Shown: positions 27,305 to 39,436, counted from the stretch's first letter. The stretch is DNA of 64,000 bases from Actinomycetota bacterium (GCA_052034115.1 JBPOIZ010000005.1:12883-76882); one strand, 5' to 3'. Notes: generated from the sequence alone by a model not told the origin. Program-made: numbers and translations.

Positions 27305-29100
27305 GGCGGGCCGGTCGGGCACTCGCCGTAGCGGTGCTTGTCGTCCTTGCCGGATGCACCGGGCTGCCCGAAGGCGGCCCGGTCCAACCGGGGCGCCGAC
27401 TGGGAGAGCCGCAAATCGAGCCGATCCGGATCGTGCCGGAGGGGCCGGTCACGGGGGCCTCGAAGGAGCAGGTGGCGCTGGGGTTCCTGCGCGCCGGCGC
27501 CGGCTTCCAGGAGAAGTCGGTCGGACCGAACGTCGCCCAGGACTTCCTCGTCCCCGATGCCGCGCAGAGATGGCGCCCGACGTCCTCGGTCGTCGTCATC
27601 GGGGGCTCGATGGAGGCGACGTCGCGTGCGGACGGCTCGGTTCGGGTCACCGCACCAGCAGTTGCCCGCGTCGGCGAAGACGGCCGGTATGTCGAGGCGT
27701 CGCCCGGCGAACGCAGCGCGGTGACGTTGCGGATGGAGCGGGTGGCCGGTCAGTGGCGGGTCGAGACGCCCGCCGACTTCGGCCTCTGGCTGAGCATCGC
27801 CGACTTCGAGCGGCTCTTCCAGCCCGCCCGGATCTACTACGGCATCCCGGGCCAGGCCCGCCTGGTCGCCGACGTGCGCTGGTTTCCGTCCGGGCCGGGG
27901 CTGGTGACTGCCCTCGCACGCGCGCAGGTGCGAGCCGTGCCGACCTACCTTGTGGGGGCTGTTGCCACCGGATTCCCGCCGGGGTCCGGCCTGGCGGTCG
28001 ACGCGGTGACCCTGGAGGGCACCACCGCCCAGGTGCAGCTCAGCGAAACGGTGCTCACGACCGACCAGGCGAGCCGACGCCTCCTGTACGCCCAACTGCT
28101 GGCCACCTTGCTGCAGGCGAGCAAGGTCACCGCGGTGACCGTCACCGTCGACCGAGCGCCACTGGAGATCGCCGGGCGGTCCCTGCCCATCGGCAGCCTG
28201 GATGACGTGGGCTACGGGACCACGTCGGTCGCGGCCGGGCTGACCTACGCCTCCCGCGAAGGCACGACGTTGCGCTGGGCCACGGTTGCTGATCTCGCTC
28301 AGGTCGGCGGCGACACCGAGCCGGTGCCGACGCCGAGCGCCACCGGGCCGGCAGCCACCTTGCCGAGAGTGCCAGCGGGATGGGTCGATCTGGCCATCTC
28401 GGCAGATGGCGCCGAAGTGGCCGGCGTCGGCGGCGACCGCAAACAGCTGACCCGGTGGCAGGGCAGGACCGGCATACCCGTCGAGCTCTCGGCCACTGAT
28501 CTGACCCGACCCTGTTACGACGCACATGGGTTCCTCTGGGTCGCTGGCCGCTCCGGTGGGCGGACCAGGGTGTGGGTGCTCGATCGCGCCGTCGCGGGGG
28601 GCACCCCGCGCGAGGTCGACGTCGCCTGGCTGGAGGGGCGTGCGGTGGTGGCTGTCGGGGTTTCCCCGGATGGCACCCGGCTTGCGCTCGCGTCGGTGGC
28701 CGCCGGCGGAACGCCCGAGCTGTTGGTTGCGGGAGTGGTCCGTGACGAGGATCGAGTGCCGACGTCGTTGAGCCCGCCGCTGCGTCAGGCCGATCCGCTG
28801 ACGATGGTGCGCGATGTCGTCTGGTTGGACAACGTCACCATGGCGGTCATCGGTCGGACCGCCGAGACCGACCCCACGCGCCCCTATCTCGTCCCACTGG
28901 GGCAAGGCATCGGTCTGCGCCGGGCCTTGGCGGGGGGAGCCGCCTTGCTGCCGCTCATCCCTCGTGCGGTCGCCGTGACTGCCCTCGGCGCAGGTCGGTG
29001 GATCATCGTCACCACTGACGGCGGCAGGGTCAGCGTCCGGGACGGCGCCCGCTGGCGCCCCCTGGATGCCGTCACCCAGGTGGTCGTCCCGGGGCGCTGA
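27301..29100 (+). CDS. lpqB: Lipoprotein LpqB
   Basis: Start GTG 27301 overlaps the mtrB stop (GTGA). It has a lipobox (VLVVLAGC) and the conserved position as the third gene of mtrAB-lpqB. Confidence 0.9.
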   Translation: MRRAGRALAVAVLVVLAGCTGLPEGGPVQPGRRLGEPQIEPIRIVPEGPVTGASKEQVALGFLRAGAGFQEKSVGPNVAQDFLVPDAAQRWRPTSSVVVIGGSMEATSRADGSVRVTAPAVARVGEDGRYVEASPGERSAVTLRMERVAGQWRVETPADFGLWLSIADFERLFQPARIYYGIPGQARLVADVRWFPSGPGLVTALARAQVRAVPTYLVGAVATGFPPGSGLAVDAVTLEGTTAQVQLSETVLTTDQASRRLLYAQLLATLLQASKVTAVTVTVDRAPLEIAGRSLPIGSLDDVGYGTTSVAAGLTYASREGTTLRWATVADLAQVGGDTEPVPTPSATGPAATLPRVPAGWVDLAISADGAEVAGVGGDRKQLTRWQGRTGIPVELSATDLTRPCYDAHGFLWVAGRSGGRTRVWVLDRAVAGGTPREVDVAWLEGRAVVAVGVSPDGTRLALASVAAGGTPELLVAGVVRDEDRVPTSLSPPLRQADPLTMVRDVVWLDNVTMAVIGRTAETDPTRPYLVPLGQGIGLRRALAGGAALLPLIPRAVAVTALGAGRWIIVTTDGGRVSVRDGARWRPLDAVTQVVVPGR

Positions 29101-29197
29101 CCGGAGCCCGGCCCCAACCGTCGGCCGTCATCGTCCCCAACGGTCTGCCCGAGGCATCGGCCGTCCACATGCGCAGGGCGCCGCCAGCGCGCCGGGT

Positions 29198-29893
29198 GTG
29201 GTGCTGTGCTGTCGTGGTGCAGTGTTGCGGACCTTGCTCGATCTCGCGCTCCCCACGCGGTGCGCGGCCTGCGGCCTGCCGGGGGCGGCCCTGTGCGAGC
29301 CGTGCACGGTGGACCTGTTGGCGACCCTTTTCCTCACCGGACCGCAGCCGGTGGCCCCGCACCCCCGACCGCCCGGGTTGCCCGCGGTGGTGGCGGCGGG
29401 CCCCTATGACGGTGCCTTGCGATCGCTCGTCGTGTCGGCCAAGGACGGCGGCCGCCACGACGTCCGAGCGGTGCTCTCGTCCGTGCTAGCGGCCACGCTG
29501 CGGGCGGTCGACGGCGTGGCCGGTGCGGTGATCGTGCCCGCCCCCTCCAGCCGGGCCAGCCGTCGGCGTCGGGGCGAGGTGCCGACCGCCGAGCTCGCCG
29601 TTGCGGCGGCCGCGGTCGTGGGCGTCCCGTTCCTGGATGCGCTGCGCCCCGTGCGCAGGGTCGCCGATCAAGCGGCTCTCGGTCACGCCGGTCGAGCGCG
29701 CAACGTCGCCGGCGCGTATGGCGTCCAGCCTCGGAAGGCCGAGGCCCTGCGCGGCGCCACGGTGGTCGTCGTCGATGACGTGATGACGACGGGGGCCACC
29801 TTGTCCGAGGCCGCCCGGGCCCTGCGTGCGGTCGGCGCCACCGTGGGGGGAGCCGCGGTCGTCGCGGCGACAGCCCGCCTGACCCCCCACTGA
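29198..29893 (+). CDS. comF: ComF-family phosphoribosyltransferase-domain protein
   Basis: ORF 29066..29893, with the start likely at GTG 29198 or 29222. It has an N-terminal Cys cluster (PTRCAACG...LCEPC) and a PRTase loop (VVVVDDVMTTGATL). Confidence 0.8.
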   Translation: MVLCCRGAVLRTLLDLALPTRCAACGLPGAALCEPCTVDLLATLFLTGPQPVAPHPRPPGLPAVVAAGPYDGALRSLVVSAKDGGRHDVRAVLSSVLAATLRAVDGVAGAVIVPAPSSRASRRRRGEVPTAELAVAAAAVVGVPFLDALRPVRRVADQAALGHAGRARNVAGAYGVQPRKAEALRGATVVVVDDVMTTGATLSEAARALRAVGATVGGAAVVAATARLTPH

Positions 29894-30024
29894 CGACGTC
29901 GAGTCGGTCGCTGTAGCGTTTCGTCATGGACGTGGCTGGCAGCTCTTCGCGGGGGTGGTGCGGGGGCTGATGGTGGGGGACCCGACCCGCGCAGTTGTCA
30001 CGCCGATTCCCGAAGGAGCACATC

Positions 30025-30621
30025 ATGGACACCACCGTCACCGGACGCCACGTACAGATTTCGCAGCGGTTCCGAGACCGGCTCGACGAGCGGATGGCCA
30101 AGTTCGGCACGCTGGCCCCCAAGGTGCATCGGGTCGACGTCGTGGTGACCCATCTGCGTCAGGCGCGGATGTCCGAGTGCGTCGAGGTCACCTGCCATGG
30201 GCGCGGGCCGGTGATCCGCGCCGAGGCCACCGCCGACGACAAGTACGTCGCGCTCGACGCGGCCTTCGACAAACTGACCGAGCGGCTGCGTCGGGCCGCT
30301 GACCGGCGGCGGGTGAACCGCGGCAAGCGCGGTGTCGAGCCGGTCGCCGCTGAGGTCGGCGCACCCCCCGAGGCAGAGGTGGCGGCCGAGGAGGGCTCCG
30401 AGGCACCGTTCGGTGACTCGCCGATCGACGTGCGCGAGAAGGTCCACGCTTCGGCTCCCATGTCGTTGACCGACGCGCTCAACGAGATGGAACTCGTCGG
30501 CCACGACTTCTACCTGTTCCACGACAAGGACACCAACAAGCCGAGCGTGCTGTACCGGCGGCGCGGTTGGTCGTACGGCGTGATCCACCTCGACCTGCAC
30601 GAGGAGCAGCCCAACGGCTGA
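30025..30621 (+). CDS. hpf: Ribosome hibernation-promoting factor, long form
   Basis: Start ATG 30025 has GAAGGAG upstream. MDTTVTGRHVQISQRFRDRLDERMAKF is the N-terminal sigma-54-modulation/RaiA fold. The C-terminal dimerisation domain is present (MELVGHDFYLFHDKDTNKPSVLYRRRGWSYGVIHL). Confidence 0.92.
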   Translation: MDTTVTGRHVQISQRFRDRLDERMAKFGTLAPKVHRVDVVVTHLRQARMSECVEVTCHGRGPVIRAEATADDKYVALDAAFDKLTERLRRAADRRRVNRGKRGVEPVAAEVGAPPEAEVAAEEGSEAPFGDSPIDVREKVHASAPMSLTDALNEMELVGHDFYLFHDKDTNKPSVLYRRRGWSYGVIHLDLHEEQPNG

Positions 30622-30644
30622 CCCGCCGACGGGGCTAGCCCGTT

Positions 30645-31325
30645 ATGTCTGGTCTGCGGCATGCTGGCCGGGTGACGGTGCGCGTGCTCCTTGCCGACGC
30701 GAACGCCTTGGCGCGCCGAGGGCTGCGCGTGACCCTGGAAGCCGACGACGACCTCGAGGTGGTCGCGGAGGTCGAGGATGCCCGGACCGCGATCGATCTC
30801 AGTGCCCAGCTCCATCCGGATGTCGCCGTCATCGACGCGCACCTGCCCGGCGGGGGCCTGGCAGCCTGCGGCGCCATCTCGTCGTCTGACTCGGTTCGCG
30901 TCGCGGTACTGGCGGCCGGGATGGATCTGCGTGACCTGACCGCCGCGGCGCGCGCCGGCGCCGCGGGATACCTGCTGAGGGACTCGGCGGTGGACGAGGC
31001 TGTCGCGACGGTGCGTGCGCTGGCCGACGGGACGGGTTTCATCTCCTCAGCCCTGGTCGCCCCGGTGCTTGCCGCGCTGGCCGACCGTGGTGGCGGCGGT
31101 CTGACTCCGCCCGGACCTGGCGCCTCGCGGCTGACCCGGCGGGAGCGCGAGGTGCTCACTTTGGTGGCGGAGGGCCTCGGCAACCGGGACATCGCCAAGC
31201 GGTTGTTCATCTCGGAGAACACCGTGAAGAACCATCTCCGCGGCATTCTGGAGAAGCTCGGTCTCCGCTCCCGGACCGAGGCGGCCAGCTACGCGCTACG
31301 CAACGGTGTGGTCAGCCTCGGCTAG
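30645..31325 (+). CDS. NarL/LuxR-family response regulator with atypical (degenerate) receiver pocket
   Basis: 226 aa. The C-terminal LuxR HTH is present (LTRREREVLTLVAEGLGNRDIAKRLFISENTVKNHLRGILEKLG). The receiver has DA instead of DD, Ala at the T/S position and Arg at the conserved Lys position. No cognate kinase is adjacent. Confidence 0.85.
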   Translation: MSGLRHAGRVTVRVLLADANALARRGLRVTLEADDDLEVVAEVEDARTAIDLSAQLHPDVAVIDAHLPGGGLAACGAISSSDSVRVAVLAAGMDLRDLTAAARAGAAGYLLRDSAVDEAVATVRALADGTGFISSALVAPVLAALADRGGGGLTPPGPGASRLTRREREVLTLVAEGLGNRDIAKRLFISENTVKNHLRGILEKLGLRSRTEAASYALRNGVVSLG

Positions 31326-31442
31326 TTCCGCGCGCTCGGCCGTCCCCGTCGGTGCCGGGCCGCTCCCGGCCGCCCGGTCGCTGCCGGCCGCGCCCGACCG
31401 CGCCGCGCCGCGCTGTCGCCCCCGACCGATAGCCTCCCCACC

Positions 31443-32681
31443 GTGCGCCTTTCCCTCGCCCAGGCCCGCCGGGTGGCGTTGGCCGCCCAGGGCTTGGACC
31501 GTCCTCGCCCCAGTGGGCCGGTGACGGCGCGCCACCTCACCGGTGTCCTCGATCGGCTCGGCGTGGTGCAGATCGACTCGGTCAACGTCCTGTCCCGGAG
31601 CCACTACCTGCCGTTCTTCTCTCGTCTGGGGGGCTACGACCGTGCCGTCCTCGATCGGCTGCGGGACGCCCCGCCATACCGGATGGTCGAGTACTGGGCG
31701 CACGAGGCCAGCCTCATCCCACCGGCCAGCTGGCCGCTGCTGGAAGCGCGGCGGCAACGGGCCTGGGAGGAGGGGTGGGGCGGCATGATCGCCGCGGCCC
31801 GCGAGCACCCCCAGCTCACCGCGCGGGTTCGCGAGGCGGTGGTCGCCCACGGGCCGTTGACGGCCCGCGAGGTCGAGTCGGTGCTTGAGGTCGAGCGACC
31901 CACCGATCGCCTCGAGTGGGGGTGGAACTGGTCACTCGTGAAGCGCACGCTGGAGTTCCTCTTCTGGGCCGGCGACATCACCTCCGCGGGGCGCACCTCC
32001 TCCTTCGAACGCCGGTATGCCGGCCTGCGCCACGTCGCACCGCGCACCGAGCCGCTGCGCAGCCAATGGCTCGACCCCGCGCGGCGGCCAGCGCTGGACG
32101 ACGCGGCGGACGCCCTCGTGCGGATCGCGGCCCGGGCGCATGGGATCGGCACGGCCCGTTGCCTGGGCGACTACTTCCGGCTTCGGCCGCCGAGTTATCT
32201 GCCCGCAGTGGCCCGGCTCGTCGCGTCAGGAGAGCTCGTCGCGGTCGACGTGCCCGGCTGGAAGGGGCCGACCTACCTGTGGCATGAGGCTCGGGTGCCC
32301 CGGCGCGTCGAAGCTCGCGCCCTGCTCAGCCCCTTCGACTCGCTGGTGTGGGAGCGGCGGCGGCTGCAGGACCTCTTCGGCTTCTTCTACCGGCTGGAGA
32401 TCTACGTCCCGGCGGCGCACCGGGTGGATGGCTACTACGTCCTGCCCTTCCTCCTCGGCGAGCGACTCGTCGGCCGGGTCGACCTGAAGGCGGACCGATC
32501 CGCCGGCCGTCTCCTCGTCCAGTCGACCCGATGGGAGCCGGATGCCCCGGCGGGCGCCCAGCACGAGCTGCGGACCGAGCTCGAGGAGTTGGCCGCGTGG
32601 CTCGGGCTCGACGCGGGGGTGGCCCACTCCCAGGATGGTCAGCCCGGTCCCGCCGCCAGGTCGTCCGCCACCAGGTCGTAG
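31443..32681 (+). CDS. Winged-helix DNA glycosylase, YcaQ/DUF1006 family (interstrand-crosslink repair type)
   Basis: 412 aa starting at GTG 31443. LSLAQARRVALAAQGLDRPRP...LGVVQIDSVNVLSRSHYLPFFSRLGGYD and the C-terminal YYVLPFLLGERLVGRVDLKADR are typical of the family. Confidence 0.85.
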   Translation: MRLSLAQARRVALAAQGLDRPRPSGPVTARHLTGVLDRLGVVQIDSVNVLSRSHYLPFFSRLGGYDRAVLDRLRDAPPYRMVEYWAHEASLIPPASWPLLEARRQRAWEEGWGGMIAAAREHPQLTARVREAVVAHGPLTAREVESVLEVERPTDRLEWGWNWSLVKRTLEFLFWAGDITSAGRTSSFERRYAGLRHVAPRTEPLRSQWLDPARRPALDDAADALVRIAARAHGIGTARCLGDYFRLRPPSYLPAVARLVASGELVAVDVPGWKGPTYLWHEARVPRRVEARALLSPFDSLVWERRRLQDLFGFFYRLEIYVPAAHRVDGYYVLPFLLGERLVGRVDLKADRSAGRLLVQSTRWEPDAPAGAQHELRTELEELAAWLGLDAGVAHSQDGQPGPAARSSATRS

Positions 32682-34324
32682 CGGGCCAGGTCGCTGCAGG
32701 ACCCGTCGCCGAGGCGCGTGGCGCGCCGTTCCAGCCCGACGAGCCGGAAGCCCACCGACTCGGCCACCCGCCGCGAGGCACGATGGGTCGCCGCGGCCCG
32801 AAGCCGGACCACCTCCAGGCCCAGCCCGCCGACGTCGTGGGGCAGCACCGCGTGCCGGGTGGCACGCCAGGCGGCCTCACGCATCACGCCCAGCCCGCGG
32901 CTGGCTGGGTGGACCCAGTAGCCGACCTCGGCCGAGCGTCCGTCGAGGTCCATGAGCGTGACCGACCCGATCGGCTCATCGGTGACCGGGTCGGCGATGC
33001 ACCAGTGGACCGAACTGCCCCGCGCCGTCGAGGCCAACGCGTCCACGATGAACCGTTCGGCGTGTGCGGCCTCGTAGGGCCGGGGGAGCGCCCCCAGCCA
33101 GTGCTGGGTGACCGCGTCGGTGCATGCCTCGACCACGCGGGCGACGTCCTCGCGCCGCCACGGCCGCAGCCGGCACCGCGACCCCTCGATCACCGGAGCC
33201 ACCGCCGTCGGCCGGTCCCGGTCGAGTTCCCACACGATCAGGTCGCCAGACGGCTCGCCCGCGTGCGCCACGACCCCCCGCTGTACCCCCACCTCGCGGA
33301 ACCCGAGGCCGCGGAGCACCCGGTTGGACGCCTCGTTGCCGGCCTCGGTGTCCGCGCCGAGGCGGTGCAGGCCCAGGCCGCCGACCTCGACCGGGGCGAA
33401 CGAGTGCCGCACCACAGCCAGCAACGCCTCGCTCATCAATCCCTGGCCGCGGGCCGACGGCAACAGCCAGTAGCCCAGGTGGCCGCTGCCGGCGCTGGAC
33501 GGCTGGTTGAGCCCGAAGAGCTGGACGTGGCCCAAGGGGTGGTCGTCGGCGCCATCGGCCAGGCACCAGTAGATCCCCTCACCCATCGCCATCCGGAACT
33601 CCCGGGTCAGCGCCCAGGACGGGTAGTCAGCCACGAAGGGCGCGGCGCCGGACGGCATGAACCGGCGCGACGCCTCGTCCGGGTCGCTGATCCACTCCGC
33701 GTCGTCGGATCGCCACGTGCGCAGTCGGGTCCGGTCGGTGTCGAGCATCGGAGGCGTCAACCAGCGGTTCCGCGGCGTCATGGCCTGCCCTGCCCGCAGC
33801 GTCGCGACCCAGCCGTCGTAGCGCCCGCGCGCATCGCCGAGCAGATCGGGCACCGTCGCGTGGACGGTGAAGCCGCAGGCCCAGGCGACCCGCAGGGATG
33901 GCCAGTTCCCGACGCGGGCGGACCAGAGGACGACCTCGATGCCGTGTTCGACGGCCCAGGAGCACGCCAGCCGCAGCGCCCGCGACATGACCCCCCGACC
34001 TCGTGCTGCGGGGTGCAGGCCGAAGCCGACCTCGGCCCGCCGCCCGGGTGCGGGCCGCAGGTCGATCGTCCCGAGGTACCCGCCCCCGGCGTCGCTGACG
34101 GCCCACCAGCGTTGGCCGCCCGGCTGGGCGTTGTCGGCGCGGACGCGAGCCAGGAAGTCAGCGGCCTCCTGCGGCCCGTACGGGCTGGGAACGGTCGTCC
34201 ACGCGACCGAGACGGGATCGACGGATTGCTCGATGATCCGATCCGCATCCTGGTCGCGGTGCGCGCGCAGCGTCACCACACCGTCGGTCAGAACCGGGAC
34301 GCCGGCCGGGTATGTCGTGCCCAT
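32639..34324 (-). CDS. Protein with three tandem RimJ/RimL-type GNAT acetyltransferase domains
   Basis: ORF 32639..34360, with the start at ATG 34324 (MGTTYPAG). There are three ~180-aa repeats, each with an acetyl-CoA loop (HPAARGRGVMSRAL; LPSARGQGLMSEAL; HPASRGLGVMREAA). The gene overlaps the convergent ycaQ-like gene by 43 nt. Confidence 0.8.
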   Translation of the reverse strand: MGTTYPAGVPVLTDGVVTLRAHRDQDADRIIEQSVDPVSVAWTTVPSPYGPQEAADFLARVRADNAQPGGQRWWAVSDAGGGYLGTIDLRPAPGRRAEVGFGLHPAARGRGVMSRALRLACSWAVEHGIEVVLWSARVGNWPSLRVAWACGFTVHATVPDLLGDARGRYDGWVATLRAGQAMTPRNRWLTPPMLDTDRTRLRTWRSDDAEWISDPDEASRRFMPSGAAPFVADYPSWALTREFRMAMGEGIYWCLADGADDHPLGHVQLFGLNQPSSAGSGHLGYWLLPSARGQGLMSEALLAVVRHSFAPVEVGGLGLHRLGADTEAGNEASNRVLRGLGFREVGVQRGVVAHAGEPSGDLIVWELDRDRPTAVAPVIEGSRCRLRPWRREDVARVVEACTDAVTQHWLGALPRPYEAAHAERFIVDALASTARGSSVHWCIADPVTDEPIGSVTLMDLDGRSAEVGYWVHPASRGLGVMREAAWRATRHAVLPHDVGGLGLEVVRLRAAATHRASRRVAESVGFRLVGLERRATRLGDGSCSDLARYDLVADDLAAGPG

Positions 34325-34466
34325 CCGGGCACCCTCGCAGCGCGGACGGCATACCGGCAACCGGATTGTGGGGAACCGCCGAGGCCCCGCGCTCGTCCTT
34401 CCCCTCGACTAGGCTGTGTCGGGCGGTCCGTGGCGGCCGTCGTCCGTTGTGTGTCAGGAGTCCCGC

Positions 34467-37346
<2,880 letters not shown>

Positions 37347-37367
37347 GTGGTGCCTGCCACGGCGCTG

Positions 37368-37406
37368 CTCGGGGCGAGGTGCCGGCCAGTCGGCCGGGTC
37401 CCCGAG
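37368..37406. terminator. Compound GC hairpin between convergent secA and the Rv3235-family gene
   Basis: The outer stem pairs CTCGGGG (37368-37374) with CCCCGAG (37400-37406). The inner stem pairs CCGGCC (37382-37387) with GGCCGG (37392-37397). Confidence 0.4.
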
Positions 37407-37426
37407 CCGCCCCCTGAGGTCCCGGT

Positions 37427-37930
37427 CTACCCGCCGCAGAAAGCGGTGATGACCCATCGCCCGTCGACCGCCTCGAGGCGCAGGGCCAGGGCCGTGACCC
37501 GCCCGCCCTCGGAGCCGAGGACGACGGACAGTTCCGCTATCCCGTCGCGCAGCATGCTCACCCGGACCCGGCGTACGACGAACCGTCGGCTGGCCCGCTG
37601 TCGTCGGGCGCCGGCGAAGGTGCGGTGTGCCAGGTCGGAGTAGACCTGCGCGGTGACGAAGCGAATGAGCTGAGGGGCCGGCCGGGTGCCGCTGAGCACT
37701 TCTGCCATCGCCCGGGCCAGCGCTGCCCCGAACTCGGCGACCGGTGGCATCCCGAGGTCGGTGGCCTGCGGTGCCGTGCCCCGCACCGCCACGAAACGCA
37801 GCGGGAGAGCCGGTGGCTCATCGACCGGCGGCGTGCCGCGTCGAACCGTCGGCAGCCGCGAGACCTCCTCTGCACTGATCCGCGCCGGACGCGCCTCGGG
37901 GACCCACTCGACCCTCAGTGCCGAACCCAT
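37427..37930 (-). CDS. Rv3235-family protein (conserved actinobacterial, unknown function)
   Basis: 167 aa. FGAALARAMAEVLSGTRPAPQLIRFVTAQVY...VVRRVRVSMLRDGIAELSVVL...ALALRLEAVDGRWVITAF matches my recollection of the family found next to secA. Confidence 0.75.
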   Translation of the reverse strand: MGSALRVEWVPEARPARISAEEVSRLPTVRRGTPPVDEPPALPLRFVAVRGTAPQATDLGMPPVAEFGAALARAMAEVLSGTRPAPQLIRFVTAQVYSDLAHRTFAGARRQRASRRFVVRRVRVSMLRDGIAELSVVLGSEGGRVTALALRLEAVDGRWVITAFCGG

Positions 37931-37942
37931 GCCGCCCCTCCC

Positions 37943-38746
37943 TCACCGGGCGCCGGGGATCCGCAGCCGCAGACCTGGCACGAGCAGGTCGGGGTTGTCG
38001 CCGATGACGTCGGCGTTGGCGGCATACCACCGGGGCCACTCCGCTGCGATGGCGACCTCGGTCGCCTCGGGACCAAGGTGCTGCGCCGCCAGGCTCCAGA
38101 GGCAGTCCCCAGGACGCACGACGACGGTGTCGGAGGAGGAGATGCGCACCGGCGGCCGCAGCGGCCCGAGCCCGATCGGTGTGCCTTCGTGGCCGGGTCG
38201 CGGGGGGGCCGGCGCCGAGTCCGGGCCACCGTCCACGGGGACGGGGACGGGGGCGGTCGGCGCGGTGGTCGGCCCCGGAGCCGGCATGGGAGCGGGGTCA
38301 GGGGCCGCGAAGACGTCCTGGGGACCGGTGCCCGTGCCGGTCGGGCTGAGCGCCACCGACGTCGTCGCGCTCCCGTGCGGCACGCCGTCCTCGGCCAGCG
38401 CGGCGCCCGGGGCTGCGCTGGCCACCGCTCCGGACAGCACCACGGCTGCCACACCCCTGCGCAGGGTGCCGGGGGCGATCCGGGCGGCGACCCACCGCGC
38501 CGCAACGCTGGCCCGGCCTGGCAGGGCAGCCAGCGCCGAGGCGACCACGGCCAGCAGCAGCCACGCCAGGACGGCCAGGGCGGCCAGCGCCACGACGAGC
38601 TCGACCAGTTCGGCGGTCTGCGGCGGCACCGGGCGGCGCACGTGCTGCAGGTCGACCCAGGCGAGGTGGCCCACCGTGACCAGCAGGCCGATGCACGCCG
38701 CGCTGGCCACCCCGATGAGGACGCGGACCCGATGCACTGATGGCAT
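37943..38746 (-). CDS. Membrane-anchored LysM-domain protein with Pro/Ala-rich linker
   Basis: 267 aa. It has two N-terminal hydrophobic helices and a P/A/T-rich spacer. The C-terminal LysM is VVVRPGDCLWSLAAQHL...WYAANADVIGDNPDLLVPGLRLRIP. Third-position GC is very high in this frame, so the long opposite-strand ORFs are shadows. Confidence 0.8.
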   Translation of the reverse strand: MPSVHRVRVLIGVASAACIGLLVTVGHLAWVDLQHVRRPVPPQTAELVELVVALAALAVLAWLLLAVVASALAALPGRASVAARWVAARIAPGTLRRGVAAVVLSGAVASAAPGAALAEDGVPHGSATTSVALSPTGTGTGPQDVFAAPDPAPMPAPGPTTAPTAPVPVPVDGGPDSAPAPPRPGHEGTPIGLGPLRPPVRISSSDTVVVRPGDCLWSLAAQHLGPEATEVAIAAEWPRWYAANADVIGDNPDLLVPGLRLRIPGAR

Positions 38747-38843
38747 CGCTACCCCCTAAGCCATCGTTTGCTGTTGTTTGCTTATGTTTACGCGTGCTTG
38801 TTGGGCAGTGTCAAGCGGTAGGGTGAGGGCGCAGGGGGTGAGC

Positions 38844-39386
38844 ATGCGCTGGGACCGGCTGTTCGATGATCTGGAGGGCCAGCTCGAGGCCGCCGCACGC
38901 CTCGAGCGGCAGGGCGAAGTCGCCGACCGCACCCGCAGGGAACGCGCGGCCATCGGTCTGCACGAGAGGTTCCTTGCCCACCGTGGCGGCCACGTGACCG
39001 TGCGGTGCGGGGCGGGTGATCGGGTCGCCGGGAGGATCGAGGACGTCGGCGTCGACTGGCTGATGCTGGACTCGGCCCCGGGCGCGGTGCTCGTCCACCT
39101 GCCCGCCATACGGTCGGTGTCCGGTCTGCCGGGGCGCGCCGAGGCGCCGTCAGCGGTCGCCCGCCGGTTCTCCATCGGTATGGCGGTGCGGGTGATGAGT
39201 CGCGACCGGGTCGGTGTCACCGTGGTCGATGTCACCGGGACGGTGCTCACGGGGACCGTCGATGCCGTCGGCGCCGATTACCTCGAACTCGCCGAGCATC
39301 CCTTGGATGTGCCGCGTCGCGGCGAGAACGTCCGAGGTCTGCGGGTGGTCCCGTGGGCCGCGCTGAGCTGGATCAGGCGGGATTGA
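38844..39386 (+). CDS. Conserved hypothetical protein with an internally duplicated beta-rich domain
   Basis: ORF 38778..39386, with the start at ATG 38844 (MRWDRLFDDLEGQLE). Two similar halves are visible (VTVRCGAGDRVAGRIEDVGVDWLMLD...LVHLPAIRSV and VTVVDVTGTVLTGTVDAVGADYLELA...VVPWAALSWI). Codon bias is good. Confidence 0.65.
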   Translation: MRWDRLFDDLEGQLEAAARLERQGEVADRTRRERAAIGLHERFLAHRGGHVTVRCGAGDRVAGRIEDVGVDWLMLDSAPGAVLVHLPAIRSVSGLPGRAEAPSAVARRFSIGMAVRVMSRDRVGVTVVDVTGTVLTGTVDAVGADYLELAEHPLDVPRRGENVRGLRVVPWAALSWIRRD

Positions 39387-39436
39387 CCGAGGAGAACAGG
39401 ATCAACCGGGCCACGCAGCGCGCGGACGCGGGGGCG

